The position numbers and the translations under genes are program-made. The notes beneath the pieces are model-generated. The model searched no databases. It saw only the letters and a list, made by a program, of their open reading frames with translations, and was not told the origin of the DNA. From the IMG/VR virus record IMGVR_UViG_3300035181_002344: 64,000 nt of DNA; one strand, written 5' to 3'. Positions 1 to 7,652 of this stretch are shown in pieces. Source of the DNA: a virus. Positions within the stretch are counted from its first letter, which is position 1, and each line of letters begins with the position of its first letter.

Positions 1-171
1 GAAACCTACAGCTTCAAGACCACGGCGGATAGGAGAAATTATATCTGCGGGGATTTTTACCCACAAATTCAACCATCCACTATTCTTATTATATGAACGT
101 ACTAGGACAGGAATTTGATACTCCTTCTTTCCTATAAGCATAGGAATCGGAGAATATTCAATTGTAGTCAT
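1..171 (-). CDS. hypothetical protein (partial, runs off the window start)
   Basis: GGAGG RBS then ATG at 171; open frame MTTIEYSPIPMLIGKKEY... to position 1 (translated by hand). Confidence 0.6.
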   Translation of the reverse strand, partial: MTTIEYSPIPMLIGKKEYQIPVLVRSYNKNSGWLNLWVKIPADIISPIRRGLEAVGF

Positions 172-197
172 AGCTGACCTCCTTTTTTGTTTGTTAT

Positions 198-524
198 TCA
201 TTGATTGATTTTACGACCGGCGGCTTGTTCTCTTTCTAATGTTCTTATCTGCTTAAAAACACTAATTGCACCGCTAGCAAACTGTGGAACTAACGATCCA
301 ATGGCTTTTACTCTTTCTGGGTACGTCTTAAAGAAAGTGTTGAATTCCTGGGCAGTTAATTCATAAGAAATACTAGCCTTAGCATCCTTCAAATCAATGA
401 TGTCGGCATAATCCTGCTCTGTAGTAGGTTCTGCGACTTCACCGGGATACTTGGTCTTATTAGTTGTTTTGTTATCGCTCTTATTAGTGAAAGAGCCTAC
501 GTTGAAACCTATTGTGAACTTCAT
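198..524 (-). CDS. hypothetical protein
   Basis: ORF track; AGGAGG RBS upstream. Confidence 0.75.
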   Translation of the reverse strand: MKFTIGFNVGSFTNKSDNKTTNKTKYPGEVAEPTTEQDYADIIDLKDAKASISYELTAQEFNTFFKTYPERVKAIGSLVPQFASGAISVFKQIRTLEREQAAGRKINQ

Positions 525-548
525 TTGTTACCTCCTTTTGTTTTGTTG

Positions 549-686
549 TTAGTTATTGTTATTTAGGCTTCGTTTATATGCGAAAAACGCGGGAATTGCA
601 TAAAATACTAAGATTCCAAGCATTGGATTACTATACATTACATAAACCAATGCGGATAAAACTGTTGTTATTATTAAATATTTCAT
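549..686 (-). CDS. small hydrophobic membrane protein (45 aa, not in ORF track)
   Basis: GGAGG RBS; MKYLIITTVLSALVYVMYSNPMLGILVFYAIPAFFAYKRSLNNNN*. Confidence 0.55.
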   Translation of the reverse strand: MKYLIITTVLSALVYVMYSNPMLGILVFYAIPAFFAYKRSLNNNN

Positions 687-764
687 ATTTTACCTCCGTC
701 ATCAGCTTTTTTAAGGACTTTGAACCTTCATTGGTAGCTTTACGGAGGAGCATATCGCTCGCTC

Positions 765-953
765 CTATAGCTTCCCATATCTCTTAAACATACCGTTTAT
801 ATAGTTATGGTTAGCCCTATCTATATCATAGATACGAATCGCAGCCTTTTGCGGAGGCTGTTTGGTTTGAATATTTTCAAAAAGCTCGGGTTCTTTCTCC
901 CTCAATTCCTTTAATTTACGGTCAAATAGCTCTTGACGTTCTTGCTTTGTCAT
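765..953 (-). CDS. hypothetical protein
   Basis: ORF track; AAGGAG RBS. Confidence 0.7.
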   Translation of the reverse strand: MTKQERQELFDRKLKELREKEPELFENIQTKQPPQKAAIRIYDIDRANHNYINGMFKRYGKL

Positions 954-981
954 TGTGATATCTCCTTTGTTATTAGTGAAT

Positions 982-1006
982 AAAAAAGGCGACCGTTTAG
1001 GTCGCC
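982..1006 (-). terminator. intrinsic terminator
   Basis: GGCGACC/GGTCGCC hairpin followed by U6 on the minus strand. Confidence 0.7.
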
Positions 1007-1194
1007 TATTGCTTATCGAGAGAGAGAGTTTGCCCTTTTTCGGGCGGAAAACTTAATTCTGCTTGCACCGCAGGCTTTGACTTAGAGACAGTCCAGCCAC
1101 GCCCCTTTACATATCTCAGAGGATAATACCTCCCTGTTACGCTCCATAGCGTATCACGATATGATTTTGCGGCGCCAATACTCTTAAAATACAT
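1006..1194 (-). CDS. hypothetical protein
   Basis: ORF track 1006..1236; start moved to ATG 1194, which follows AAGGAG. Confidence 0.6.
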   Translation of the reverse strand: MYFKSIGAAKSYRDTLWSVTGRYYPLRYVKGRGWTVSKSKPAVQAELSFPPEKGQTLSLDKQ

Positions 1195-1292
1195 AAATCT
1201 CTCCTTATCTGCCTCATTTAAAAACAAAAAAGCCACTATATAGCGAGGGCACTCTATACAGTGGCCGGTAGAGAATAGAGCTATGAAGAGCC

Positions 1293-1679
1293 CTATTTAA
1301 TAGCATGAATCATATCCTTCAGATGCCATTGTAAATCGCGGGTAACATCATAAAACTGCTTATAACACTCGATTTTCATGGCTTTTAAGCTTTTTTCGGG
1401 AAAGTAAGCACCCCGGAGAGGCTTTTTAGCTGCTTCTTCTACAGACTTAATGTCCAATGTAGGCAACTTTACCTTCAGGGATTTAATTAATTCGGCGGCA
1501 AATTCATCTTTTACCTTCTCTAAAACCTTAAAACTATCCTCAAGACTACTTCTTAACTCTTCTAAGGACTTAGCTTTAGAGAGAGACTCAGCATAATGGC
1601 TCTTGATTTCATCGATTTTACGCTGCCATTTGTTTCTGCCGGTGAAACTGCTGATAATATCTTCTTTTAACGCTTTCAT
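1293..1679 (-). CDS. hypothetical helical/coiled-coil protein
   Basis: ORF track; AGGAG RBS. Confidence 0.7.
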   Translation of the reverse strand: MKALKEDIISSFTGRNKWQRKIDEIKSHYAESLSKAKSLEELRSSLEDSFKVLEKVKDEFAAELIKSLKVKLPTLDIKSVEEAAKKPLRGAYFPEKSLKAMKIECYKQFYDVTRDLQWHLKDMIHAIK

Positions 1680-1697
1680 AACTGTCTCCTTTTTTTA

Positions 1698-2060
1698 TTA
1701 GTTTACGCTGTTACTTAATATTTCGAAGAGATTCATATCGTATTTGTTGTTAAATTTGCCAAATACTTTAGTGTACAGATAGCAAGTTTTGCTAATAGCG
1801 AAAAAGCTTTCAGCTTTTTCTTCTTTGCATCTTGCCTGGAAAGCCTCAACTTTCTCCTTGATAAGGAATAATTCTAAGGCTAACCTGATATTCTCGCTGA
1901 TATTCTCAGCGGAGCCGATGATATCTAAAATGTCGGCGGGCAAATCTTCATTCCCTATCTGCATTGGAAGTAACACATACTCTACAGAATCAAATCCTTC
2001 TGTACGTGCTACAGCAACATCAGTGATATCCTCAGTAACGAGAAATAATCTCCTTGTCAT
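1698..2060 (-). CDS. hypothetical protein; N-terminus paralogous to 3156..3401
   Basis: LFLVTEDI...EGFDSVEYVLLP aligns by eye with LLVLTDVI...EGWDTVEYFQVP. Confidence 0.7.
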   Translation of the reverse strand: MTRRLFLVTEDITDVAVARTEGFDSVEYVLLPMQIGNEDLPADILDIIGSAENISENIRLALELFLIKEKVEAFQARCKEEKAESFFAISKTCYLYTKVFGKFNNKYDMNLFEILSNSVN

Positions 2061-2290
2061 GGCTTTTTAGCCTCCAATGGCTGATAAATAAGCCAATGAT
2101 AGATGATCATAATTCTTTTTTCGGGGCCAAACAACTCACAGATAGAGTCCCAATCCATCCCGGAGATCCTTACGATTCCCTCCTGCATGAATGCTCTCTC
2201 TTCCGGAGTTAAGGTGTCCCACCATTTCAGTGCTTCTCTCTGCATATTATACCAGAATTCGAAAGAAACATCTTCTTTAATATTTTCCAC
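2057..2290 (-). CDS. hypothetical protein; tandem paralogue of 2301..2504
   Basis: GTG start after GGAGG; EALxWxxxLxP...I(S/C)GxxW...LFxPExxIxxIY shared with the neighbour. Confidence 0.7.
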   Translation of the reverse strand: MENIKEDVSFEFWYNMQREALKWWDTLTPEERAFMQEGIVRISGMDWDSICELFGPEKRIMIIYHWLIYQPLEAKKP

Positions 2291-2300
2291 GGCTTCCTCC

Positions 2301-2504
2301 TTATATTACGGAGTTACTAATATAGTTATCTAATTTGATCTTATTATAGATAAGATCGATAGCTTCTTCTGGAGTGAATAATAACAAGAAATCTTCCCAG
2401 CTAATACCGCAAATTTCCTTAGAATTCTCTTTAATATACGTTTGTACTGCTGGAGCTAAGTTATTAAACCACGACAAAGCTTCACTTCTTTTTGCATTTT
2501 CCAT
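2301..2504 (-). CDS. hypothetical protein; tandem paralogue of 2057..2290
   Basis: start moved to ATG 2504 (MENAKRSEAL) after AAGGAG; paralogy with the neighbour. Confidence 0.7.
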   Translation of the reverse strand: MENAKRSEALSWFNNLAPAVQTYIKENSKEICGISWEDFLLLFTPEEAIDLIYNKIKLDNYISNSVI

Positions 2505-2515
2505 GTTTTTTCTCC

Positions 2516-2674
2516 TTATTTTAGATCTTGAATGAATAACATATAATAAGTGATTCCCACCAAGAACAGCGTCAAGAATATCAATAACGTTGCTAATAAG
2601 CGTTCCTTGACAATAAACGCTCCAGCGGTGGATAACACTATTGCTACTAATAAAACCCATATAACTGCTGCCAT
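2516..2674 (-). CDS. small two-TM membrane protein (52 aa, not in ORF track)
   Basis: AGGAGG RBS; MAAVIWVLLVAIVLSTAGAFIVKERLLATLLIFLTLFLVGITYYMLFIQDLK*. Confidence 0.65.
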   Translation of the reverse strand: MAAVIWVLLVAIVLSTAGAFIVKERLLATLLIFLTLFLVGITYYMLFIQDLK

Positions 2675-2744
2675 TTGTACCTCCTTATGTTAATGTTTTT
2701 AAGATTTTTCGACATGACAATCGTCTCATGTCGAAGTTTATTGA

Positions 2745-3146
2745 TTAATTCGAAGACATTTCTGTCTCCTGAGTGTAAATTGTTATCTCATTTTTACTTT
2801 TTGTGCTTAATGTAGAATGCGAATGGCGGTTAACAACCACCAAGAAATCCTTGTCAGTTACACCATATCTGCTAATAAACCTATTTAACGCATTTACTAA
2901 AGGCTCACCGGAGATCTGATGCCATACATCTTCTCCTACAGTCCATGAGCCAGTGGTTATCTCTCCGCTGTATAATACATTATCGCGGAGGAAATAAACA
3001 GTATATTCTTCCATATAGCCCGATTTATCGTAGAAATTAACAAATGAACGCTCCATAAGAGCTTCATTTAATTCCTCGACAGCAATATCGGCCTCTGTAT
3101 AGCCTGGAATGCTGACCAAAAACGGAAAACGCTCCAAATAATCCAT
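2745..3146 (-). CDS. hypothetical protein
   Basis: ORF track; AGGAGG RBS. Confidence 0.75.
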   Translation of the reverse strand: MDYLERFPFLVSIPGYTEADIAVEELNEALMERSFVNFYDKSGYMEEYTVYFLRDNVLYSGEITTGSWTVGEDVWHQISGEPLVNALNRFISRYGVTDKDFLVVVNRHSHSTLSTKSKNEITIYTQETEMSSN

Positions 3147-3155
3147 ATCTGCCTC

Positions 3156-3401
3156 CTAAAATGGGCCAACGGAAGCGAAATATGTGCGGACAGTGACATA
3201 TCCTTCAGCATCTTCAAGATCGCAGCGTTCATAAAACTCTCCTATCTTCTCTGTAAGCGGAGCGATTAACCTTTCAATCGCCTCTTCAGTGGGATAGCAA
3301 GAGGTATCGGGGACTTGAAAATATTCGACAGTATCCCAACCTTCATACTGCTTATCTGGTGTCTGAGGAATGACATCCGTTAAAACTAGCAACTTTTTCA
3401 T
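3156..3401 (-). CDS. hypothetical protein
   Basis: start moved to ATG 3401 (MKKLLV) after AAGGAG; the upstream extension overlaps a structured RNA. Confidence 0.7.
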   Translation of the reverse strand: MKKLLVLTDVIPQTPDKQYEGWDTVEYFQVPDTSCYPTEEAIERLIAPLTEKIGEFYERCDLEDAEGYVTVRTYFASVGPF

Positions 3402-3423
3402 TTTGATCTCCTTGTTTTTTATT

Positions 3424-3596
3424 AAAAAAAGCCAACTTACCCTCATGTCTTTATTCATGGGTCACTATACCGCTAAATTGCGAATATAGCAAGGAAGGAA
3501 ACCCTCCCAGAATAAACTCCCATGTCTCTATTCATGAGACGCCATACCCTTTCTGAGGAATATAACGCGGAGAATCAACACTCCCCGGCAAGTTGG
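3424..3596 (-). ncRNA. putative structured ncRNA with an internally duplicated three-hairpin unit
   Basis: 10-bp closing stem CCAACUUGCC/GGUAAGUUGG plus U7; two units, each ending in a CAUG-AAUARAGA-CAUG hairpin. Confidence 0.55.
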
Positions 3597-3605
3597 AAGT
3601 TATCT

Positions 3606-3662
3606 TGGTGATTCAGGTGGGAATCGAACCCACTCTTTCAGGCTACCATTAACCACAGAACC
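3606..3662 (-). ncRNA. anticodon-less tRNA-like RNA ending in ACCA (57 nt)
   Basis: GGUUCUG-U-GGUU AAUGGU AGCC-UGAAAGA-GUGGG UUCGAUU CCCAC-CUGAAUC-A-CCA. Confidence 0.7.
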
Positions 3663-3809
3663 GCCACACAAGTTATCTTAGGCAACTCGATAACCTGTAG
3701 TCTCGCTAATCACCCTTCTCTTAAAATGGCGAGGTTGCTCTGGCCATTTAAGATTCCTTGGTTTACTTAGCTATCCATAAAAAAACCGCCAAAATCTCTC
3801 TCTACCCGC

Positions 3810-4103
3810 TTATCTTACTACATCTCCTACTTTATAATTAGTATCATGAGATATAGCGACAACATAACCATTCAATTTTGGATCAAATATAGCAACAGCG
3901 CCTACCGTATGAGCATATTTATGGATAATTACGGCGGCTACGGGCAAACTTGCTGGCCCGTTGATCTTCAAAAGCGGCACACCAATAATATGCGGAGCGT
4001 TTGCGGCGACATATTTAACGATCTCATCGTTACTTGCGGGGTCGCCGAACCCGATTGTAAGAATGTTAGTGTCTTTGTCGAAGTTAAGATTATAAACTGC
4101 CAT
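3810..4103 (-). CDS. csx3: Csx3/Crn3-like cyclic oligoadenylate ring nuclease (candidate anti-CRISPR)
   Basis: 97 aa; LKINGPASLPVAAVIIHKYAH...VAIFDPKL..YVVAISH matches the recalled Csx3 pattern (G-P, H, FDPxL, VVxxSH). Confidence 0.75.
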   Translation of the reverse strand: MAVYNLNFDKDTNILTIGFGDPASNDEIVKYVAANAPHIIGVPLLKINGPASLPVAAVIIHKYAHTVGAVAIFDPKLNGYVVAISHDTNYKVGDVVR

Positions 4104-4377
4104 TTTGTACCTCCTTTTTAATTGTTATTATTGAATTCCACAATTGGTTCTATGCATTAAAGCCGCCCTTTTTGGGGCGGCATCTATTGGTTTACAGACA
4201 AAAAAGCCGCGGGAATATCTCTATCCTTCCCTATCTGCTTAAATAAAAAAGCCATAACTACATAACAATCCCTGTACAATCACAAAAAAACAGAGATCTG
4301 TAGCTATGGCTATAGGGCAAGGAGATGCCATTTTCAATCACATAGCTTTCTCAGGGATAATGCGACGTCAACGATGA

Positions 4378-4471
4378 CCAACTCCGCGAGGCGGAGCCGA
4401 GCGGCAACGATCTTACGCCGGCAACGTGCGACGCGGAGCCGCGGAGGGACGACGCGGCGGAGCGGAGCTGG
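4378..4471. other. GC-rich structured element with four GCGGAGC motifs
   Basis: GCGGAGC at 4391, 4433, 4457 and 4462; CGGCAACG twice; closing inverted repeat 4378-4387/4462-4471. Confidence 0.55.
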
Positions 4472-4547
4472 CTAATATTAGTGCATGCGTATACGATATT
4501 AACGATGTTTCTAGCGATTAAAGCTTTCATTTCAACCTCCATAGATT

Positions 4548-4572
4548 AAAAAAAAGCCCTCGTAAGAGGGCT
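4548..4572 (-). terminator. intrinsic terminator downstream of the RNA polymerase gene
   Basis: AGCCCTC/GAGGGCT hairpin plus a U tract on the minus strand. Confidence 0.75.
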
Positions 4573-4581
4573 AATAACCGA

Positions 4582-7206
4582 TTAAAATACAACCCAAATA
4601 GACTTTGTGCTGCTTATTTTGGTCGAAACTCTTCCCTCTTTCTCGTCTCTTTTGATAGAATAATATGGGAAGAATGTGCATTTTGCTGGAATTTTGCCAT
4701 CGAATCCGTCTTCTGCCTTCAATTCATACTTGCCAAAGAATAACTTACCATTCTTAACAACTAATTCATTAAGATTAGCGAAATCTATATTCTTTGGAAG
4801 ACCTTCACCGAAGAATCTAACAACTGTTGTCTTCTTCTTTGTCTCGGCAAGCTCCATAGCTGGATAATCTGTTCTGAAAGCTTCCCAGAATTTATCAATA
4901 TGAAGAACGAAGCTACCTGTTGGGCTTTGAGTTTTATTTAAATACTCTCTGATATATTGAATCTTAGCAGCGAGACAGATGCTCTTTGTTGCCTCTTCGA
5001 CAAATGAATAGAAAATCTTCATGATTTTCTCATCATGGAGTTCGCCATTAGGAGCTGTATGGCTATTCAAGATGCCGAGAGCTTTTAAGATTAGGAATTG
5101 TCTCTTGATTTCATTATTATCCATGCCAGAAATATCAGCGATACCCATATATGGAGGACGGCTGAATACTGGTAGGGGTTGTTTCATTTTATCAAGCTCG
5201 GCAATCTTCTTATTTGCTAACTGTATATTAGCATTCCAAACATGATCCATATGATGAAGTGGTTCGCTGATTGTATATTTCTTAGTAAATTCAGCAAAAT
5301 CATCAAATTCTTCATCTTTGATTTTCTTGAGTTTCCATTCTGTATTGACAAGCTCTCTAACCAATCTCTCTGTTTCATAATCACGATTGCGGATAGCCAT
5401 AATTCTATCCGTCATATCATGCTTTGCACTCTTGATTACGGCTTCGATCCCTTCATAATAAACTTTAAGCAATTCTAACGCATTTTCTTCATCAACTAAG
5501 CCATTATCAATAGCAACCTCCATCATATAATAATTATCGGTGAGCTGACCAATAAGCGAGGAATTTGCCATAATTTCGCTCATTATTATGGCAATGTTTT
5601 CAATAGTGATATCATAACGTTTGCGAGATCTGGAAACTACATTGATATCACGCAACGGTTTAACCAAATTATTATCAATGGCGAATTTAACAGCATCGCC
5701 AACAACACCGAAAACACCATCGCCATCACCATCTACATTTATACTATCGGCAAGGGACTTAGACAAGATCCAATATTTAGAACGACGATTAACATCGTTC
5801 ATCTTAACGATACCTAAGCCAGCAGTTATCGGATACTTGCCAATTATTGTATCACCTTTCTTGTTATATTTTAAGCCGGCGGCAATCCAATCTTCAACAA
5901 CTACAGCAATTCTCATTGTTGCATTTGGATTTGGACGTTTAACCAAATATCTAGCTATTTGGCGTTTGATATATTCATTAACAGCTGGATAGCTAGGTCC
6001 TAAAGTTAACAATCCAGCAATCATTTTATAGCTTATCTGCAATGGTTCATACGGTTCATTATTCATATGAGCAGCAATGCGGCGTTTAGCCTCCATACCG
6101 AGAACTATGTCTTTATAATCAAAGTCATAGCTCATTTCATCGGCAAATAGCTGACTTAGTTTATTGCTGAGTTTGAAGAATTGATAATATTCAAAGCCAG
6201 TAGATATACTTTGATTGTTAACTGTTCTGACATTATTATAAGTGATTCCTAATAAACCGGACATATAACCTGGCGCTGGTTTATTAATCTTAAAATCATC
6301 TACGCACATAACGATGTCAGCAGACATATCAACATGACTGAGCATTAGACCAATCTCCTTTGCAGAATCTAAGGAAATGATATTGCCTTTACCGATGCTG
6401 TTACCAGCCTTTAATCTAAATTGACCAGGCAATATTCTATTCTTTACATCGATAGCAGTACCATATCCAGGAACTAAGCCGATTTCTCTGAATTCCTCGG
6501 CACTCAAAACCTGGATCTTATTTAGTTTATAGAACATTGGACGGCCATTATAAATGCTGACTGGCGTCATCGGAAGCGAGAGATAACCAACAGCATCTGC
6601 AGCCTGAGCAAATGGGTGATTTGGCCATTTAACGCCATAAAATACACCCTTGTTTGTCGAGGTGCCACCATAGAGGTCGCAACCCTCCTGTTTAAAGAAT
6701 GCAAATAAGATTTCTGGCAATTCTGGAGATGCCAAAAATTCATTCTTTATCTTTTCTGTACGTGCAGATATCTCGTAACTTCTTGTTTCGAGAATTTCTG
6801 GCATATCACCATCCAAACAGTATCTCATTTCAATACCATCTGGAAATTGATACTTATCTTTGTGAACGCGTACCTTGGCGATCTTGAAACTACTGCCATC
6901 TCTGACAACATCCACGATGAATCTGTGGATTTTAGCTGGTTTGATGTCTGTTGCTACGCCATTGGGCGTGAATTCGTCGATGCTAAACAATGCATCGATA
7001 AAACGAGTGATTGAATCTGCTTTCATTGCTTTCTCCTTATTGTTATTGTGATTGAAAAGATTGCTGATTAAAAGATCGTCTGCTGTTTTAACTTGAGCGT
7101 TCATTGTTCTCTCTCCTTGATTTGTGATTGTGATTGTTTTAGTTGTGTTCATGTTGAGCATATTGATATTTATGCTCTTGTCAATTGTGTTGATATTTGT
7201 ATTCAT
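4582..7206 (-). CDS. YonO/RdRP-like single-polypeptide two-barrel RNA polymerase
   Basis: 874 aa; GQFRLKAGNSIGKG resembles the QxR..G.KG motif of cellular RdRP/YonO; SINVDGDGD carries a DxDGD catalytic loop; size comparable to SPbeta YonO. Confidence 0.7.
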   Translation of the reverse strand: MNTNINTIDKSININMLNMNTTKTITITNQGERTMNAQVKTADDLLISNLFNHNNNKEKAMKADSITRFIDALFSIDEFTPNGVATDIKPAKIHRFIVDVVRDGSSFKIAKVRVHKDKYQFPDGIEMRYCLDGDMPEILETRSYEISARTEKIKNEFLASPELPEILFAFFKQEGCDLYGGTSTNKGVFYGVKWPNHPFAQAADAVGYLSLPMTPVSIYNGRPMFYKLNKIQVLSAEEFREIGLVPGYGTAIDVKNRILPGQFRLKAGNSIGKGNIISLDSAKEIGLMLSHVDMSADIVMCVDDFKINKPAPGYMSGLLGITYNNVRTVNNQSISTGFEYYQFFKLSNKLSQLFADEMSYDFDYKDIVLGMEAKRRIAAHMNNEPYEPLQISYKMIAGLLTLGPSYPAVNEYIKRQIARYLVKRPNPNATMRIAVVVEDWIAAGLKYNKKGDTIIGKYPITAGLGIVKMNDVNRRSKYWILSKSLADSINVDGDGDGVFGVVGDAVKFAIDNNLVKPLRDINVVSRSRKRYDITIENIAIIMSEIMANSSLIGQLTDNYYMMEVAIDNGLVDEENALELLKVYYEGIEAVIKSAKHDMTDRIMAIRNRDYETERLVRELVNTEWKLKKIKDEEFDDFAEFTKKYTISEPLHHMDHVWNANIQLANKKIAELDKMKQPLPVFSRPPYMGIADISGMDNNEIKRQFLILKALGILNSHTAPNGELHDEKIMKIFYSFVEEATKSICLAAKIQYIREYLNKTQSPTGSFVLHIDKFWEAFRTDYPAMELAETKKKTTVVRFFGEGLPKNIDFANLNELVVKNGKLFFGKYELKAEDGFDGKIPAKCTFFPYYSIKRDEKEGRVSTKISSTKSIWVVF

Positions 7207-7263
7207 GACATCTCCTTTGTGATTTGTTGTGATTTATTTGTGTGTTTATCGATTTATGCGCCA

Positions 7264-7575
7264 CTAGAGAGGATGCTTATATTCTTCTAATGGCGTAACA
7301 GCGCACGCTGGGCCTTCGTGGTAAAATTCTACCACATACCACTTTCCGTCCAGGCCTTGCATGATTTCTGGGTCGGGCAATTCACCTTCGTGCATGCTCT
7401 GACCCGTGAATTTCCAGGGACGTTTTTCGAAAATGATCTCCTCCCTGATTATCTTGTCCCCGTACTCATCTCCATTCAAATACGCTTCGTCTTCACGAAG
7501 GTATGAAGGGATATAAGTAACCCATCCTACTGCATCGGACTTCGGGCCGCAGTAGAATGAAATCGCCTTTTTCAT
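7264..7575 (-). CDS. hypothetical protein
   Basis: start moved to ATG 7575 after AAGGAG. Confidence 0.7.
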   Translation of the reverse strand: MKKAISFYCGPKSDAVGWVTYIPSYLREDEAYLNGDEYGDKIIREEIIFEKRPWKFTGQSMHEGELPDPEIMQGLDGKWYVVEFYHEGPACAVTPLEEYKHPL

Positions 7576-7652
7576 GGCTACTCCTTTTTTTATGTGGTAA
7601 ATTAATTTGATAAGCAAAGTACCGGCGGGAAGAAATGACTGCCATTCGGCAA

